Origin: Camelus dromedarius
Taxonomy: Eukaryota
DNA length: 64,000 nucleotides
Reading direction: 5' to 3'
Assembly: GCF_036321535.1 (NCBI RefSeq)
Contig: NC_087438.1
Coordinates: 12,092,001 to 12,156,000 of the forward strand
Below, piece by piece: positions 1-13,885 of this stretch (positions are counted from its first letter, which is position 1; the number at the start of each line of letters is the position of its first letter). The notes under the pieces were generated by a model. The model ran no database searches and was not told the DNA's origin. It saw nothing but the letters and a program-made list of their open reading frames with translations. The position numbers and the translations under genes were made by a program.

Positions 1-3000
1 AAAATTCCAGTCTCCTGAGGTCCCAGGAATTCCAGCTGGACTTGCATCGTTGAAGCAGGACAGTGATGTGATCATCTCTAAATCCAGGTCTCCAAATCAG
101 GCCTTCAGTCCCGAAGGGTATTCTCTAAGCTAAAGTAAGAATTGTGGGACGCAACGGAACCACCACGAGAGTTACATCCCTCAGACACTCCTTCATAGTC
201 TGTATTTGGCTTGTCACCTGTTACTAATTTTAGTTCATTAGAAATTAGGCACAGAATCTGGTGATTTTTTAGGCTGGGAGGGTGGCCCCTGGCCCTGCTA
301 AGAACATGCAGCCAGGCTGTGTCACAGGCGTCCTCTTAGACCCATGCATGAATGGCATGCTCATGGGGACCCTTAAGCTTTATAAGACTCAAGTGCCTTC
401 TGAGCCATCAAAGCCATTTGGAAATCATAGTTAACACAGTTCCCTGTACAGCACATTTGCTTGTAGGCCAATCCATTGAAAACTGATGGCTTCTCTCTAC
501 CCACCTGTGCTCTCACTCCTGCCTCACCCCTGCCCTAACCCAGGTACCCCCCAAAATGGCTCTGAGAGCTTCCTCTGGGTGGTGAACAAGGGCCTGGCCG
601 GGACTGAACGCCCTTCTCCTTTCTCCGAGCAGAAGATGCATTTGAACTCAGGGTCCCAGAGGCTCAGTGGCCTTCACTTCCAGCTGCCCAGTGGGCCTCA
701 GACTCCCCAGGTGCAGCTGGATTTCCCAAACTCTCCCAGCTGCCGGGTCCAAAGTACCTACAGGCCATTTTCCCTCCCACTGATGAGGTTGTTCTTGCTC
801 CTGCCCTCTGAGGAAGGGAGGGGGCAGAGTTGGAGGGTAAAGCCTCTTTCTCCAGGCATGTCCACCCCAGTGGGTTCCAGAGAGCACCCTGTCTCTGGCG
901 ACAGTCTTTATGAGTTAAGCTGGTTTCTTAACCTGTACTATGTGGGACTGTCTGATTCCTCTGAAGCCCTGTTGGGGAGGACAGGTGGAGATGACAAAGA
1001 GAACCTCCCAGAACAAGAAGTCGTGTTTACAACGGCCCTGTCAACCACAGTGACCCCCAAGGCAAGAAGCGCTGGAGTAAGTTTGCTTTCCGGTCTCTCC
1101 TCCCTTCTTCCTGCCTGGAGTAACCATATGGCAGATTTGCCCACGACAGGCCTGCTCTCTGCCTGCTGTCTGGCATGGTTATTAATAGCACTTCGCTTTC
1201 TTTCTCAAGGGTGTCCGGGTTTGGATGATAAATTATATATACTCCCCTCCCATCTCCAGTCTGTCAGCAACGGCTGAGAACCTTTCCCCTCAAATGCTCC
1301 CACGCCCATTTGTTCTCTGGTCTCAGGGCCACCTTCCCTGTCCAAGTGTCATCAGTTAGTGCGTGTCTGACTCGTAACCCTGTACCGCCTTCTCTTCCAA
1401 TCCACACTGTATACGCCTCTAAAACACCGCTTTCTACGTGGAACACCCACTGAAACGCTTCCAGCGATGCCCAGTTACCTACAACCGCCAAACCAAAATC
1501 ATCGTAAGCCACCTTTTAAAGTCCTGGTTCACCTTTTCCTTTATTTCTTTTTAGGCAGATGAGCTGCTGCCTAATCTGAACACTCGGCTGTAGTCAGATT
1601 AATGAGCTCTTCACGGAGTCCACACTCCAAGCAGACCCTTGCATGCATGCCTTTGCTCCCACGGTAAAAACTTTACCTGTCTTCTCAAACGCTGGCTCTC
1701 CTATCTGCTGCTCAGCCGACTCCTTCTCCATCAACCCTTCCTCAAGTGCAGGGAGCATGGCTTTCACAGCCATGAAGATCTGAATTTGATGGTAGATCCC
1801 AGTGTCCAGGCACTAACCACTGTGTTTCGTTGATCCTAAGACACACATGGGTTTTTTTTCCCCCAACATTTTAACATACCTGGGAATGAAATGTACCTTG
1901 AAATCTATGGCATCTTAAAGTCAATAGAATATAGTAGCTCTCTGGCTTTGTGTTATAACAGAGACTCTCTGAGACCTTGTTTCCTCACCTTTTAAAACAG
2001 GAATAATGTCTGAGTCTCAAGACTGCTGTGGGAATTCCTTGAGATAACTATACTCGAGACCCAGGGGGAAATACATCCATGGGAATCTGGGTTCTGTGCC
2101 CAGCCATTTTGTAATCACTGCCCAGGATGTCACGGAAAGACATCTACCATGTGGAAAATTTGTTGCAACAGATACCAAAGTTTGTGTACTAATAGAATTT
2201 CGCAGAATCCTCTGCACTGTGCAGAGTCAGAGAAACCAGTCTCACCCACAGGGGTAGCTTAACCATAGCGCTCCACTGAGAATTCTGTTTAGAGGAAATC
2301 AAGGGAACATTTCTCCAGGGGTGATGGGTCAAGCAGCTTTTAGTTGGAAACATGTCATCTGTGTGAAGAAAACTACAAAAGCAAATTTGTCCTCAATTTA
2401 TTCCTAAGGAGAAAATCTTCAAAAGCTGATTTTATGTTAAAAAAAAATCCACAGGTAGGGAAGTATTGGATTCCAGGTGGATGTCTTGATATTGTTCATT
2501 TGGATAATTGCCCTCCCTTGTGAGAGGTCCTCTCCTTTCTGTATAAAAGTTTGCCCACAGCAAGAAGCCTGGCAGCCGGCCACCCTGGGACACTGGCAAA
2601 GGTACCTCTGTGTCCTTTGGCCGCCACATCAGGTGAGAAACCCAGCCTTCATGGAAGATCCCCAAACCCGGACCATCAAGGGTTGTGGTGCAGGATCTGA
2701 GTTGGAGCCGTCAGCAGGTATGAGGTCGTGATCTGATATTCCAGCTCTGCCCACAGAAAGAACCTGAATCAATGATACCCCAGGCAGTGAGCTCACTTAG
2801 GGACCAGGTGTTGGTTTCTAACTTTCCTACCAAAGAGAACCAGGGCCTCTAAGAGAACTGGCTGGTACTAGGTCTGAGTTAGGAACGTGTTATGTACCAG
2901 AAAGCAAAGACATGTTCAAAGGCAATTTAATGGTTCATATAAAAAGGACAGAGAAGGGATCCCAGCGACCAAATCTGGGAAACTTTGAGGCTGAAAAAGA

Positions 3001-3051
3001 ATAATCCTGGCAAATGATGATAACATATTGAATTTTTAAAAAATCATGACT

Positions 3052-3202
3052 TGGGGGAGGATATAGCTCAAGTGGTAGAGCACATGCTTAGCATATACAA
3101 GGTCCTGGGTTCAATTCCCAGCACCTCTTCTAAAAATAAAACAAATAAGTAAACCTAATTACCCCCCCCCCAAAAAAACCCCAAACAAAACAGAACAGAA
3201 AC
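3052..3202 (+). mobile_element. tRNA-Ala-derived SINE (camelid Vic-1 type)
   Basis: A box TAGCTCAAGTGG, B box GGTTCAATTCC, A-rich tail with AAACCTAATTAC; TSD AATCATGACT at 3042-3051 / 3203-3212. Confidence 0.85.
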
Positions 3203-4884
3203 AATCATGACTCCATAATGATTCAAAAGAGAGAGAGGAAATGCTCTGCTTTACAAAAGATGATAAGCAAATACGTGTAGACTATAGATTTAGAAAAGCA
3301 CCCTTTAGTTAACTCTCAATGGAATAGTCCATTCAGGCAATGATCATCAATCAGTAATACAAACCACTCAGTAAAAAAGAGAGTGTATACACAATCTCAA
3401 CAAAGGTGAGATTTTTTTTTAACCACAAAGGTGAAAGTGTGTCTTTGCACAGGAGAGGTCTGCCAGCCTCCACCTTATCTGCACCTCATCATACTCGGTA
3501 GCGCCCGTGATGAGACAATCTGACCTTAGGAGCCCAGGATCTCCTGCTGTGGGAGGGACACAACAAACTTGCGGGAAATACTTGGTCTGAGTCACAGTCC
3601 GATAAAACAGTCAGAGGAATCTGGAATATAAGACTTTTGCAGGTCAACTGGCTTGGATCTTCAAACTGATACCAAGAACAGAGGAAGAGCTGGAGGAGAA
3701 TAGAGATAAAACAGCCAAGTCAGTGTGTGAGACTTGATTGGATTCTGGGTCAAAAAAATAGCTACCAAGGACATTCGGAGGGAAGAGTAGGGAAATTTGA
3801 GTCCACACTGTATACTAGATAGTTTTATTGAATTAGTTGTGCTTTTCTCAGGTGTGATAATGGTGTTGTGGTTGTGAAAGAGAATATCTTCCTTCTAAGT
3901 GGTGCAGATGCAACACCTAGGGAGGGGAAATGCCGGGACGGCAGCCGTCTGCTTTCAGCCAAAAGGAAGCGTGTGTGTATATACAGATATATAAATACAG
4001 AGAGAGAGAGGAAATGGGTGTGGCAAGATGTCGGTGAATCTACGTGGGGGTGTCTGGGTATTCATTGTATTGTTCTTTCAACTTTCCTGTGGGTTTGAAA
4101 AATTTCAAAACCAAAAAAAAAAAAAATGTTTTTTAGAAGACTGTATGAGAGAATAGGAAGTAGAGACAATTTTTATAATTTTTTTTTTAAACACAGATCC
4201 CTTCTATTTCCTCTTGCTCAAGACTGTGACCTTTGGTGATTTCTCCTTTCCAAGAAGTCTTGCTCGACTTAAAATCATTGTGACAACACAGCATGGGAAT
4301 CTGACGATGTCGGAAATGTCATAGCAACAGGACATGAGATACTTCTATTTTCTCCAGAGAACTGTAGCTTGTCTCTCAGATTTAGTTGTCTTCTATCGAA
4401 CATCAGCTATGTACAAGATCCTATAAGATGTACCAAAAGTGATACAAAGACGAAGGTTCTGCCTTGAAGAGCTAACACATAAACAGGGACTCATCATGTG
4501 TTGAGTGGTTATTATGAGCTAAACAAAAGACTAGGATTAGGGACCTAATTATGAATAAGACACAGTCCCTGCCATCAAAGGGCCCCTTGTCTTTTGAGAA
4601 GTACAGACACATACACTAATGTCAATACAATGAGACAAGATTTATGAAAAGATCTCTATCCTTGTCTAAAAATTAGGACCAAACATCCAGGGACAGCCTC
4701 AGAACAAAGAGTACCTCTGAGCTAGGACTTGAAGAGGAGGTCAGGAAGTTTTCAAGACACATGGGTAGGCATTCCAGGCAGATGGAACAAAATACATGAA
4801 AGCATGAAAGTATGAGGTGAGCAGACATGTTTGGGGATCCACAGGTAGTCAAATGCAGCTAGAATTTGGGGTATTTACAGAGGC

Positions 4885-5048
4885 CCACCCAAATTATGGA
4901 GGGTACTCTGTTCTACTCAAAGTCTACTGACTTAAATGTGAATCACCTCTAAAAAATAACCACACAGCAGCATCCAGACTGGTGTTTGACCAAACAACTG
5001 GGCGCCATAGTCTGGCCAAGTTGATGCATAAAATTAATCATCGTCACA
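4885..5048 (+). mobile_element. MLT2-like (ERVL) LTR 3' fragment
   Basis: GTTTGACCAAACAACTGGG..GCCAAGTTGA..CATAAAATTAATCATC. Confidence 0.65.
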
Positions 5049-5414
5049 GCCCCTTCAAAGATTGGTTATATTTTTGTGCCATTACTAAAACATGGAATAT
5101 AGGAGAAAGGTTGGGGACAAATTTGGGATGAAGAAAATGTTAAATTTCGGTTGGTCAAGTTGAGTGGTCAATTGCAAAAGACCCTCGGGGACAGAGCTTT
5201 CTAATGGGCCAAATTTAGAGACTTTAGTGGAAGCCACAGGACCAGTTGAGACTCATGAGAGACTGTTCATTTACTCAACAACAAATGTCTTCTGGGTGCC
5301 TTGGGCCATGATGTACACAAGGTGAAGTTCCTATTCTCACAGAGCTTAAATTTTAGCAGGGTTGGCAGGCAATGAGCAAATATTCAGATAGAAATATAAT
5401 TTCAAATAGTGATA

Positions 5415-5870
5415 TGTATAATTTATTGCTGCATAACAAACCATCCCCACACTCGGTGTCTGAAAACAACTTTTATTTGCTCATGATTCCATGGGTTGGC
5501 AGTTGGGGAGAGCCCAGCGGGAGTGGCATGTCTCAGACCCATGCCATGGTGTTGCTGGGTTCACATAGGCATTTGCCACCAACTGGCAGATGCTGGATGG
5601 CAGCTGGCTGGGGCTGTCAGCTGATGTCATCAGTTGTCCCTGGGGTGACCTCTCCAGCAGGCTAGTTCAGGCTCATCACTTGGCAGCTAGGGTTCCATGA
5701 AGGCAAACCCCACAATGTGCAAGCACTTAGCAGGCCTCTGCTTGGGTCCACCCTTTCTTATGTCCCCATGGCCAAGGCAAATCATGTGGCTAAATCTGGA
5801 GTTGTCACGAGAGGGGACAACAGAGGAGCATGGAATTTATTAGGGACGGATCATTGGCATAACAATCCAA
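5415..5870 (-). mobile_element. MLT1-like LTR (old)
   Basis: ATTGCTGCATAACAAACCA..CCATGGCCAAGGCAAATCATGTGGC. Confidence 0.6.
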
Positions 5871-5939
5871 CATGTGCTAAGTGCAATGAAGAAAATCAGA
5901 GCAGGGTAAAAAGAGAATTAATTTAGAAGAGAGGGCTTT

Positions 5940-6120
5940 GATAAACAAGGACCTACTGTGCAGCACAGGGGACTATATTCAATTTCTTGTAATAACATAT
6001 AATGGAAAAGAATCTGAAATACATATATGCATGTGTATAACTGGATTGCTTTGCTATACTGAAACTAACATTGCAAATCAACTACACTTCAATAAAAAAT
6101 AAAGTTAAATTTTAAAAAAA
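5940..6120 (+). mobile_element. LINE-1 3' end fragment (artiodactyl type)
   Basis: AACAAGGACCTACTGT..AGCACAGGG..CAACTACACTTCAATAAAA tail; flanks GAGAGGGCTTT / GAGAGGGGGCTTT. Confidence 0.75.
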
Positions 6121-8487
6121 GGAGAGGGGGCTTTACTGGACAGGGTGGTCAGCGGAGGGACTTTTGAGTGGAGACATAAATGAAGTAAGATAGCCAGTCA
6201 TGTGACGTTCTGGAGGCAGGAGCATGCCGGGTGGAGGGGACAGCATGTGGGAAAATCATGCAACTAGACCCAGCTCGAAGAAGGAGGTTAAAACAAAGAG
6301 AACAGAGTGAGCCCGGGTGATTCACAATTATTAGTCACTGCTAACAAGCCTAGTTTTGCTTCCTCACAGATTTCTGGCCATGCTCTGAATTATTGAGTTT
6401 GCCAAATAAGAATCAAATGGATAATTCATTATTATAATCTCACTTATTAAGCTTTAATTATATAACTCTCTTTGAAAAAAATAAATTCTTTCCTAAATAT
6501 CCTGTGCCTCTTCAGACATATAGTTACACATTCTGATTTGTGTTCACTTGAAATTAGTGCAAAAAGCAGGATTCCAAGGAAGAATGAATGTAGAATCACA
6601 GAACATGCATTGAGGCCAAGCTGTTCTGACCTGGCAATGAGCCCACATCTGGCACGGCAGCTGCAACTGGGACTACGCTTGGTTGACTTGGCCGTAGTCA
6701 CTGGATGTGTCTGGTTTTTGCAGGGTCCAGACTTGTGCATTAAAAGGCAACATGATGGGGGCCTCACCCTGCATCCTCTTGTTCTTTAGGGATGACACTA
6801 ATTTCTGCCTCCCCTCCCCTGGCCCCAGGGCACCATGTCAGTTTTGATTCGCTCTCTTGGCCATGGAGGAGATTCATTTCAGAGCATTCTCCCAGGCCCT
6901 CTGCACTATGGTAGCCTGACCTTAAGCCAAGGAACCAATGTGAGGTTGTGCCACCACCAAGCATGTCAATTTCCATTGTACATTTGGGGTCTAGGGAAAT
7001 GACCACCCGCTGGAGCCACAGACACGGCGGACATACTGCAGGGTGGATCTGGACCAGGTCTCCACTTATTCCCCTGCTCTAACAGAGGCCTGGGATGATG
7101 ACTAGTGTCCCTGGGTATTCACGTCGACTAAGACCTTGTCCAGTAGTCATCAGAGTGCTTGGGGAATCTTCAGCGTGCAGTTTCTCACGAAGGTCCCTAT
7201 GGGGAAGGACTGGGAGACCCAGGACCGCATACACTTGTGTGGTGTTGCATGCAAGATTCTGCCTTCTGGGCACAGTCTTTTCTTTAGTCAGTGGGCCTGG
7301 TCCAAACACTGGCTCAGATCTGGAAACTGGGCAAGGGGTTGTGACTTTTCACTGGGGTGGTGGCCCCTTAGTTTTCTGATCATTCATCCTTGACTTCCTC
7401 TGATTGTCCAGGTTGAGCAATCTCTTGTTGGCTACCCTCTGTTTTGCGTCTGGGGTGAAGTAACTCATAGGATTTTGAGTTAAGTCCCTTGAGTGTTCCT
7501 TTTTGGCTAGGGGAAGAGTTTTCTGTATTTGGGAGAAAGAGTCTTCATGAATAGTTCTTGTCCAGCAGGGCAGAGTGACAAAACAGCTAGCTGTCCACCA
7601 AAGCTTCACTCTCTCCTTACATAACGAAGAGTTGTTACTGAAAAGCCTGGAACTACATTTCTGGGCATCGCTTGCACATAAGCAACGCTAGGTGAGTAGA
7701 TCTGGCTAGAGGATTGCAAGCAGAAGTGACATCACTTCTAGGCTAGGGAGGAGAAAAGATTACATCCTTGTCCTCAGGTGACCTTGGAAGGTACATGTGG
7801 AAGGCGGAGACTCCACCAGCCTGGGCCTCCCCATAACCACAGAATCAGAACCACCAGCCTCCCCACATTACACCCCTGCTGGACTGTTATGTAAGCGAGA
7901 AGTCATCTTTAGGGGTGTTAGGCAGTTGAAATGTCATTTGTTTGCTAAAGCAGCCAGAATTACCCAAATATATGCCCTCTACAAATTCTACATCACATCT
8001 ACATTAAAGAAAATCGTTTCTGCCTGAAAGGATTTTTACCAGATTTGAAGGTATGTTTGTGATGGTCTGACTCAGAGCACAGATTATGTGACATGTGTCC
8101 AGTTCACTCTGAGAGGCCCGGGACGTTTTGCAGAGCTGGGTGGTTGCTCTTCACCAGGACTGGACATGCAGTATAATAAAACGCGATGTTAACACAGCCA
8201 GCACATACACGTTTTCTCTGTCCTCAATTTCTTAGTATAAGCGGTCATTTAAAATTCAGGTCCCTGTGCTGTGTCCCTCTCATGGACCTCCTCAGGTGCC
8301 CTGGCCAGCACCCTCCCTACCCCCGGCCCAGGGTTCTCGGTGGCTTGTTTCACGTCAGCATCAAGCTGACGGGCCCCCCTGCAACCCCACAGTTTTCTGC
8401 CCCTTGACACTTACCTGTATCTGTATCTAGCCTCTCTGCATCCTCCTGCCACAGATTTAGAGGAAGTGCTCCCCCTACAGGGCGTGA

Positions 8488-8950
8488 GTATTAGTTTCCT
8501 ATTGCTGCTGTAACAAGTTACCACAAACTCGGTTGTTTAGAACCACGTACGTTTATTTTTTTTTTTTTACAGTTCTGGATGTCAGATGTCTGCAGTGAGG
8601 CTCCCAGGGCTATGATTAAGGGGTCAGCAGGGCTGTTTCCTTCTGAGGACTCCAAGGGAGAATCCACTCCAGGCCTCTCCCAGCCTCTAGCGGCAGCTGG
8701 CATTCCTTGGCTTGGCTTGTGGTCCCTTCTTGGCATCAGTCCAGCCTCTTGCTTCCTTCCCATCTCCTCCTGCTGACTCAGATCTCCCTCCTCCTCATAA
8801 GGACACGCAATTACATTGGCCCACACGGATAGCCCAGAATAATCTCAAAATCCTCATTTTCATCACACCTGCCAACTCTTTTGCCATACAAGGTAACACA
8901 CACAGGTCCTGGAGATTAGGATGGGGACATCCTGGGGGCTGTCACTTTGG
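8488..8950 (-). mobile_element. MLT1 (ERVL-MaLR) solo LTR
   Basis: TATTAGTTTCCTATTGCTGCTGTAACAA..ACCACAAACT..ACAGTTCTGGA terminus. Confidence 0.75.
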
Positions 8951-11033
8951 GGGACATGGCTCCCTACATGGTTTTTAAAGGCACCAGATGACCTGGAAAG
9001 GTGAGGGAGCTGACTCCTGACCTGGGGAAATTCAACCAACTGGAACCAGGAGGCAGGACCTAACCAGAAAGAGAATTTTCTTTTCTTTCCTCTCCCTGGA
9101 GGAGGGCTATGAGGCAGAATTTCCCCCAGAGACCCTGGGCAGAGACATCCCACATGGCCACAGAGAGGTTCCCGCTGAGTACCCGGCTGGGTCTCTCGGT
9201 GGCTCATAGCTGCCAGCACGGTGATACGGTACTTTGCCTTGTTTCCGGTCCTTCTCTGCCTCACTCCCTTATCCCTGCTGCCCCGGGACTGCACTTCCCA
9301 AAGCATCAACAAGTAACCTCTGCCTTGAGCTCTGTTCTCTGGGGAATCTCAGCTGGGATGGCTCCCAAACTGAAAGTCACCATTTCTTCTGCATTTATTT
9401 AAGAAATAATTACTGAGTACCTACTATGCTCAGACACGGTTCTAGTCACCAGAGTGACAGTAATACACATGAAAAGATGGCTGCTCTCAGTCAGAGCTTC
9501 CATTCTAACTGGAGAAGACGTACAATAAACAAATAAGAAAATATCATTTAGTGGCAAGCGCTATTTAAAACATGCTGGTGCCATAAAGACTGGCTATTTT
9601 ATACCCAGTGGTGAGGAAAAGCCTCTCTAGGGAGGTGACATTTAAGCCGAGATCTGAATGACCAAGAGTCATTTGTGCAGAATCAGAGGAAGGAGAGGTG
9701 CCCTGAATGGCAGATACCAATTTGCCACCTCACATGGAGGATTCTGGGCACCAGGCTCTGGTTGAAGAACAGCAGAAATTTATTTCTAAAAAATTCATGA
9801 TTTTCCCAAGCAACAGAAGGACAGACGGTTTAAAATACAACATAAACATTTCAAGCAGAGGCTCTCTACTAACCAATAAGTGAGACTTTCTCTTTGTCAT
9901 GAAGGGATGTATTTTATTTCAGAAATTAGTTTTTTTTTTTGCACTAAGCATCATTTAAGAGGAAGGACCATGAAATGAGAAGTGATGAGACTAGCTTCCT
10001 TGCCTGTGTAATAAATTGAGTTATAAACCCATTTCCTTCTGTCTCTGACATTTTTGTTTCTAAGATTAGCTGGTGGACGTTCAGTGCCTTAGGCATCTCT
10101 CTCCAGCACGGGGGCTGTTGGGCTCCAAAACCTCGTGTCTCAAGAATTAAGCAAAAGCTTGCGGCGTCCCTTTTCATGACTTGGCTTTGGGAGCTGAACA
10201 GTATCCCCTCGGTCACACTCTACTTGTTAAGAGGAGGGGAGAATCAGATGCCATCTTCTCATGGGAAGGTCATCAGTGAATCTGTGGATTTGTTTAAAGC
10301 CACCAGAATAGGTCCCCTGGCCAAAATCATTGACATTTCTCCTTCCTGCATTTCTGAACTCCAGCTGAGAAGTGGTACCAGTTCTAAGATTAGGACTCAG
10401 TTCTACTAACTGGGAATCATTCTCCACAGGTTCTTGGATCTATCTTCAGAGTCCTCCCTCGTTCACAAATAGCCTCCCACTTCCCTGTTTTGAATTAGTG
10501 TCTACAGCAGTTATCTTATGCCAGTACCATTATTGTCCGTGGAGAACAGAAGACTTGTTCCTTTCGTACATACATCCTCCAATCAACAAGAATTTAATCA
10601 ATGAGCTGTATTTCAGGCACTCCACCCAAGGAACCTCATTTACCCCAGAGCCTGATTTAGATGATAAGATCCTGGGCCTCCAGCCTGAACCTGATGCCTC
10701 AATAGATAAGACTTTGGTCATGAAGGGTGGTTTAAAGCTAGCAGCCGGGATGGTCCATGTGGGGCTTGCCCATCTCTGTGTGGCTTCCTTACCCCATCTT
10801 TTTAGCCTGGCAGCTTCAGGTTAGGGGGATTTCTTTCACGTCAGCTCAGAGTGCCTAAGATGTGTGTCCCAAGAGAAAGAGCAGGCAGAGCTGACCTGGC
10901 CTTGTAAGCCAGGCAGGATCACTTCTGCCACATTCTGTTCATTACAGGTGGAGTCACTATGGCTGGTCCTTATTCGCAGGAATGAGACTCCACCTTTTTA
11001 TAGGACGATGAGCAAGAAGTTGCTGCATATTTT

Positions 11034-11597
11034 ATTATTTTCTTATTGCACTACAGTCAGTTACAATGTGTCAATTTCTGGTGTGCAGCTTAATATTTCA
11101 GTCATACACATACATATATTTGTTTTCATATTCTTTTTCATTATGGGTTACAAGATACTGAATACAGTTTCCTGTGCTATACAGAAGAAATTTGTTTTTT
11201 TAAGCTATTTTATATATAATTGTTAATATTAGCAATTCTCGAACTCCCAATTTATCCCCTCCCACTCCCTTTCCCTCTGGTAACCATAGGTTTACCATGT
11301 CTGTAAGGCTGTTTCTGTTTTATAGATAAGTTCATTAGTGTCTTTTCTCTTTTTTTTAAGATTCCACACATAAGTGATATATGGTATTTTTCTCTTTCTG
11401 GCTTACTTCATTTAGAATGACGATCTCCAAGTCCAACCATGTTGCTGCAAATGGCATTCTTTTATTCTTTTTTATGACTGAGTAGTATTCCATTGTATAA
11501 ATATACCACAGTTTTTTTATCCAGTCATCTGTAGGTGGACATTTAGATTGTTTCCACGTTCTGGCTTCTGTATATAGTGCTGCTATGAACCTTGGGG
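11034..11597 (-). mobile_element. 5'-truncated young LINE-1 (ORF2 C-terminus and 3'UTR)
   Basis: ORF 11356..11682 contains RFIAALYT..WKQSKCP..WIKKLWYIYTMEYYS..PFAATW; 20-bp TSD at 11014-11033 / 11598-11617. Confidence 0.9.
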
Positions 11598-12107
11598 AAG
11601 AAGTTGCTGTGTATTTTAAAACTACCAAACACCCTAAGCTGCAAGAGAGGCTAGAAAATATATTCTGTAGCTCAGCATCCACTGCAGCTAAAACTTAGGG
11701 GAATTTTATTGCTAAAAGATAAAAGGAGAGAATGGACAGATTATCGGGGGGATGTTTAGCAGTCTCTGCAATAGGCAGCTTTGCAGAGGAATTAAGATCT
11801 GAAGCAGGTGGTCATGGATGAAGAAAACATGAACAGGGAGAAAGGCCATGTCAGGCAAGAGAAGAGCATGAGCAGACACACAGAAAGGATGATATGGGCA
11901 TATGTATTTACATTTAGAATGCACTTCTAGTTACAGGAAGCGGTGGTGGGATGGGGGTAAACTATGCCACATGGAATGGATTTGGCCATAAAATATTGAG
12001 GAAGTATTTGGGTTTTAGTATAGCTTTGTTGTAAGTGCAAGATTCCAGAGTTAGATGAACCTGGATTAGAATTCTCTGTCCATTGTCGTTTTGTGCTTTT
12101 TCAGCCA

Positions 12108-12622
12108 GTGTGGGAGATTACAAAAATGGCCACCATTCTCCAACCTCTTGTTGAGTGACTTTGCAGCTACTTCCATCAAGCTATGGAGTGTTTCTCCATC
12201 TCTTGGCTCTGGTCTGGCACTGGGCCTTGCTTTAGCCAGTAGAATGTGGCAGAATTAACAATGTGCAGTTTTGAACTTAAGCCTCAAGAGGGCTTTACCT
12301 GTCCCCACTAGCTTTCTTGAGACCTTGCCAAATCTGTGAATTAGCCAACGCTAGCTAAACGTGGGATAAGAGACCCTGTGGGGCAGAGCTCAACCATCCC
12401 ATCTGAGGCCCCAGCCACAGGAGAAAGCCAAGGCTAGATCAGTGAAGACGACTGGCTGCAGCTGCCCTGTAGAGTCATGAGTGAGACTTGCAAGGGGACT
12501 GCCCAGCTGAGTCCAGCTGATCCCAGCTCAAACTGCTCCCCCTAGAGAATCATAATTAAAGGATCGTTGCTTTAGCCACTGGATTTTGGAGTGACTTGTT
12601 ATATAGCAAAGCTGCTACAGCT
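12108..12622 (+). mobile_element. MLT1-like LTR
   Basis: TGTGG start; GCCAGTAGAATGTGGCAGAA; ..TTGTTATATAGCAA end. Confidence 0.6.
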
Positions 12623-13679
12623 AAAGAAATTGCTTTCTAAATTCAGATATCCTCGACACAAACTAGGTTTTCCAGCACCTGCATCATGGCTACCGGGAGG
12701 ACTCAGACGATCATAGTGCACCTGGTACCAAACCTGAACCATAATATGTGCTGAGCAAGTGGCAGCTGATGCCACTGGTCCCATCAGAGAGATGGTCAAG
12801 GAAAAACAGTGAAAGGAGAGTCTTAGAAGCAATTACTTAGAAATCCACACTCTGCTCCCTTTTGCTTCATGGATTTTGTTTGTTTGTTCCACCAGCATGT
12901 GCCTACACTACATATCACAAATCTGCATTTTTTGGGCTCATTATTCACCTTTGAAAACTCTTCTTGCATTCTTGTTTTCTGGACCCTTGAACACATGCAA
13001 TGGTCTGTATACTCTCGCTATAGGTACAGTCAACTTCCTGTTTCACATATTTCTGTATTTTATTTCCAACTAGGCTCTAAATAAAGACAGTTCTTAGGTT
13101 TCCTTTGTAAACTGCACAGAGATAGTGCTTTTGCTTTTTTATCCAAACAGCAAGAATTTAATAAACACTTAGTAAATTAAAGTCAATTAAATTTTGTTAT
13201 GGTTGGTGTTATCTTATCTCTAATCAAGAGACTTACTCAATTTTCTCAATATCAAGTCACTAAGTAAACTCATGGAGAACAATGCCCCCAAGAGATCAGA
13301 GTTATAGGAATAATTCATTTCCTCTCCTGGTGTGTCAGTGTGACAGGAGGGAGTGGTGACAACTCCAATCTGGCAACTGGTTCCCACCAAGCAAATGTCT
13401 GGGTGCCTCAGCAGCCGCAGACCCTGTTTATGTCTCAAACTGCTAATCAGCTCTGATCCTGCTATTACTTGAAGGAGAAAATAAAAGTTCCTGGGAAAAC
13501 TAAAGATAGGAACCAATTATATACTTTGAGAACATCTTTAATTATCCCACATCATTTTTCCTTCACTCAAAATGCTTCAGGCTTTCTAAGCGCTTTTTTT
13601 TTTTTGAACTTCCTTTAGAGGTTTTTCCTCTGAATAAGATGGTATCAATTTTTACTGACAAATTATGCACTGATGTATC

Positions 13680-13885
13680 CCTCCCGCTATGCAGGACCCG
13701 GCTCCTACCAGCTTTAGGGAGCCAACCACGCATCTTGTTTCAACTCTGTGTTCAGCAATGTCATCTTGGAGCTTGAAATCAGCCACGGTGGGAATACTGC
13801 CATCACGAAAACCAGCAAACAATACCAAGGGGGACCATTTCTCCTGGGAGAGTCCATTGATGAATGTCTGCCAGCCTAACACTGC
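13680..13885 (+). mobile_element. MER63-like hAT element
   Basis: CCGGCTC..CAACTCTGTGTTCAG..AGCTTGAAATCAGCCACGGTGGGA..CCAGCCTAACACTG. Confidence 0.6.

Noticed and set aside
486..1277. 263-aa plus-strand ORF
   Set aside because: No recognisable domain, composition of random intergenic sequence, no supporting gene structure
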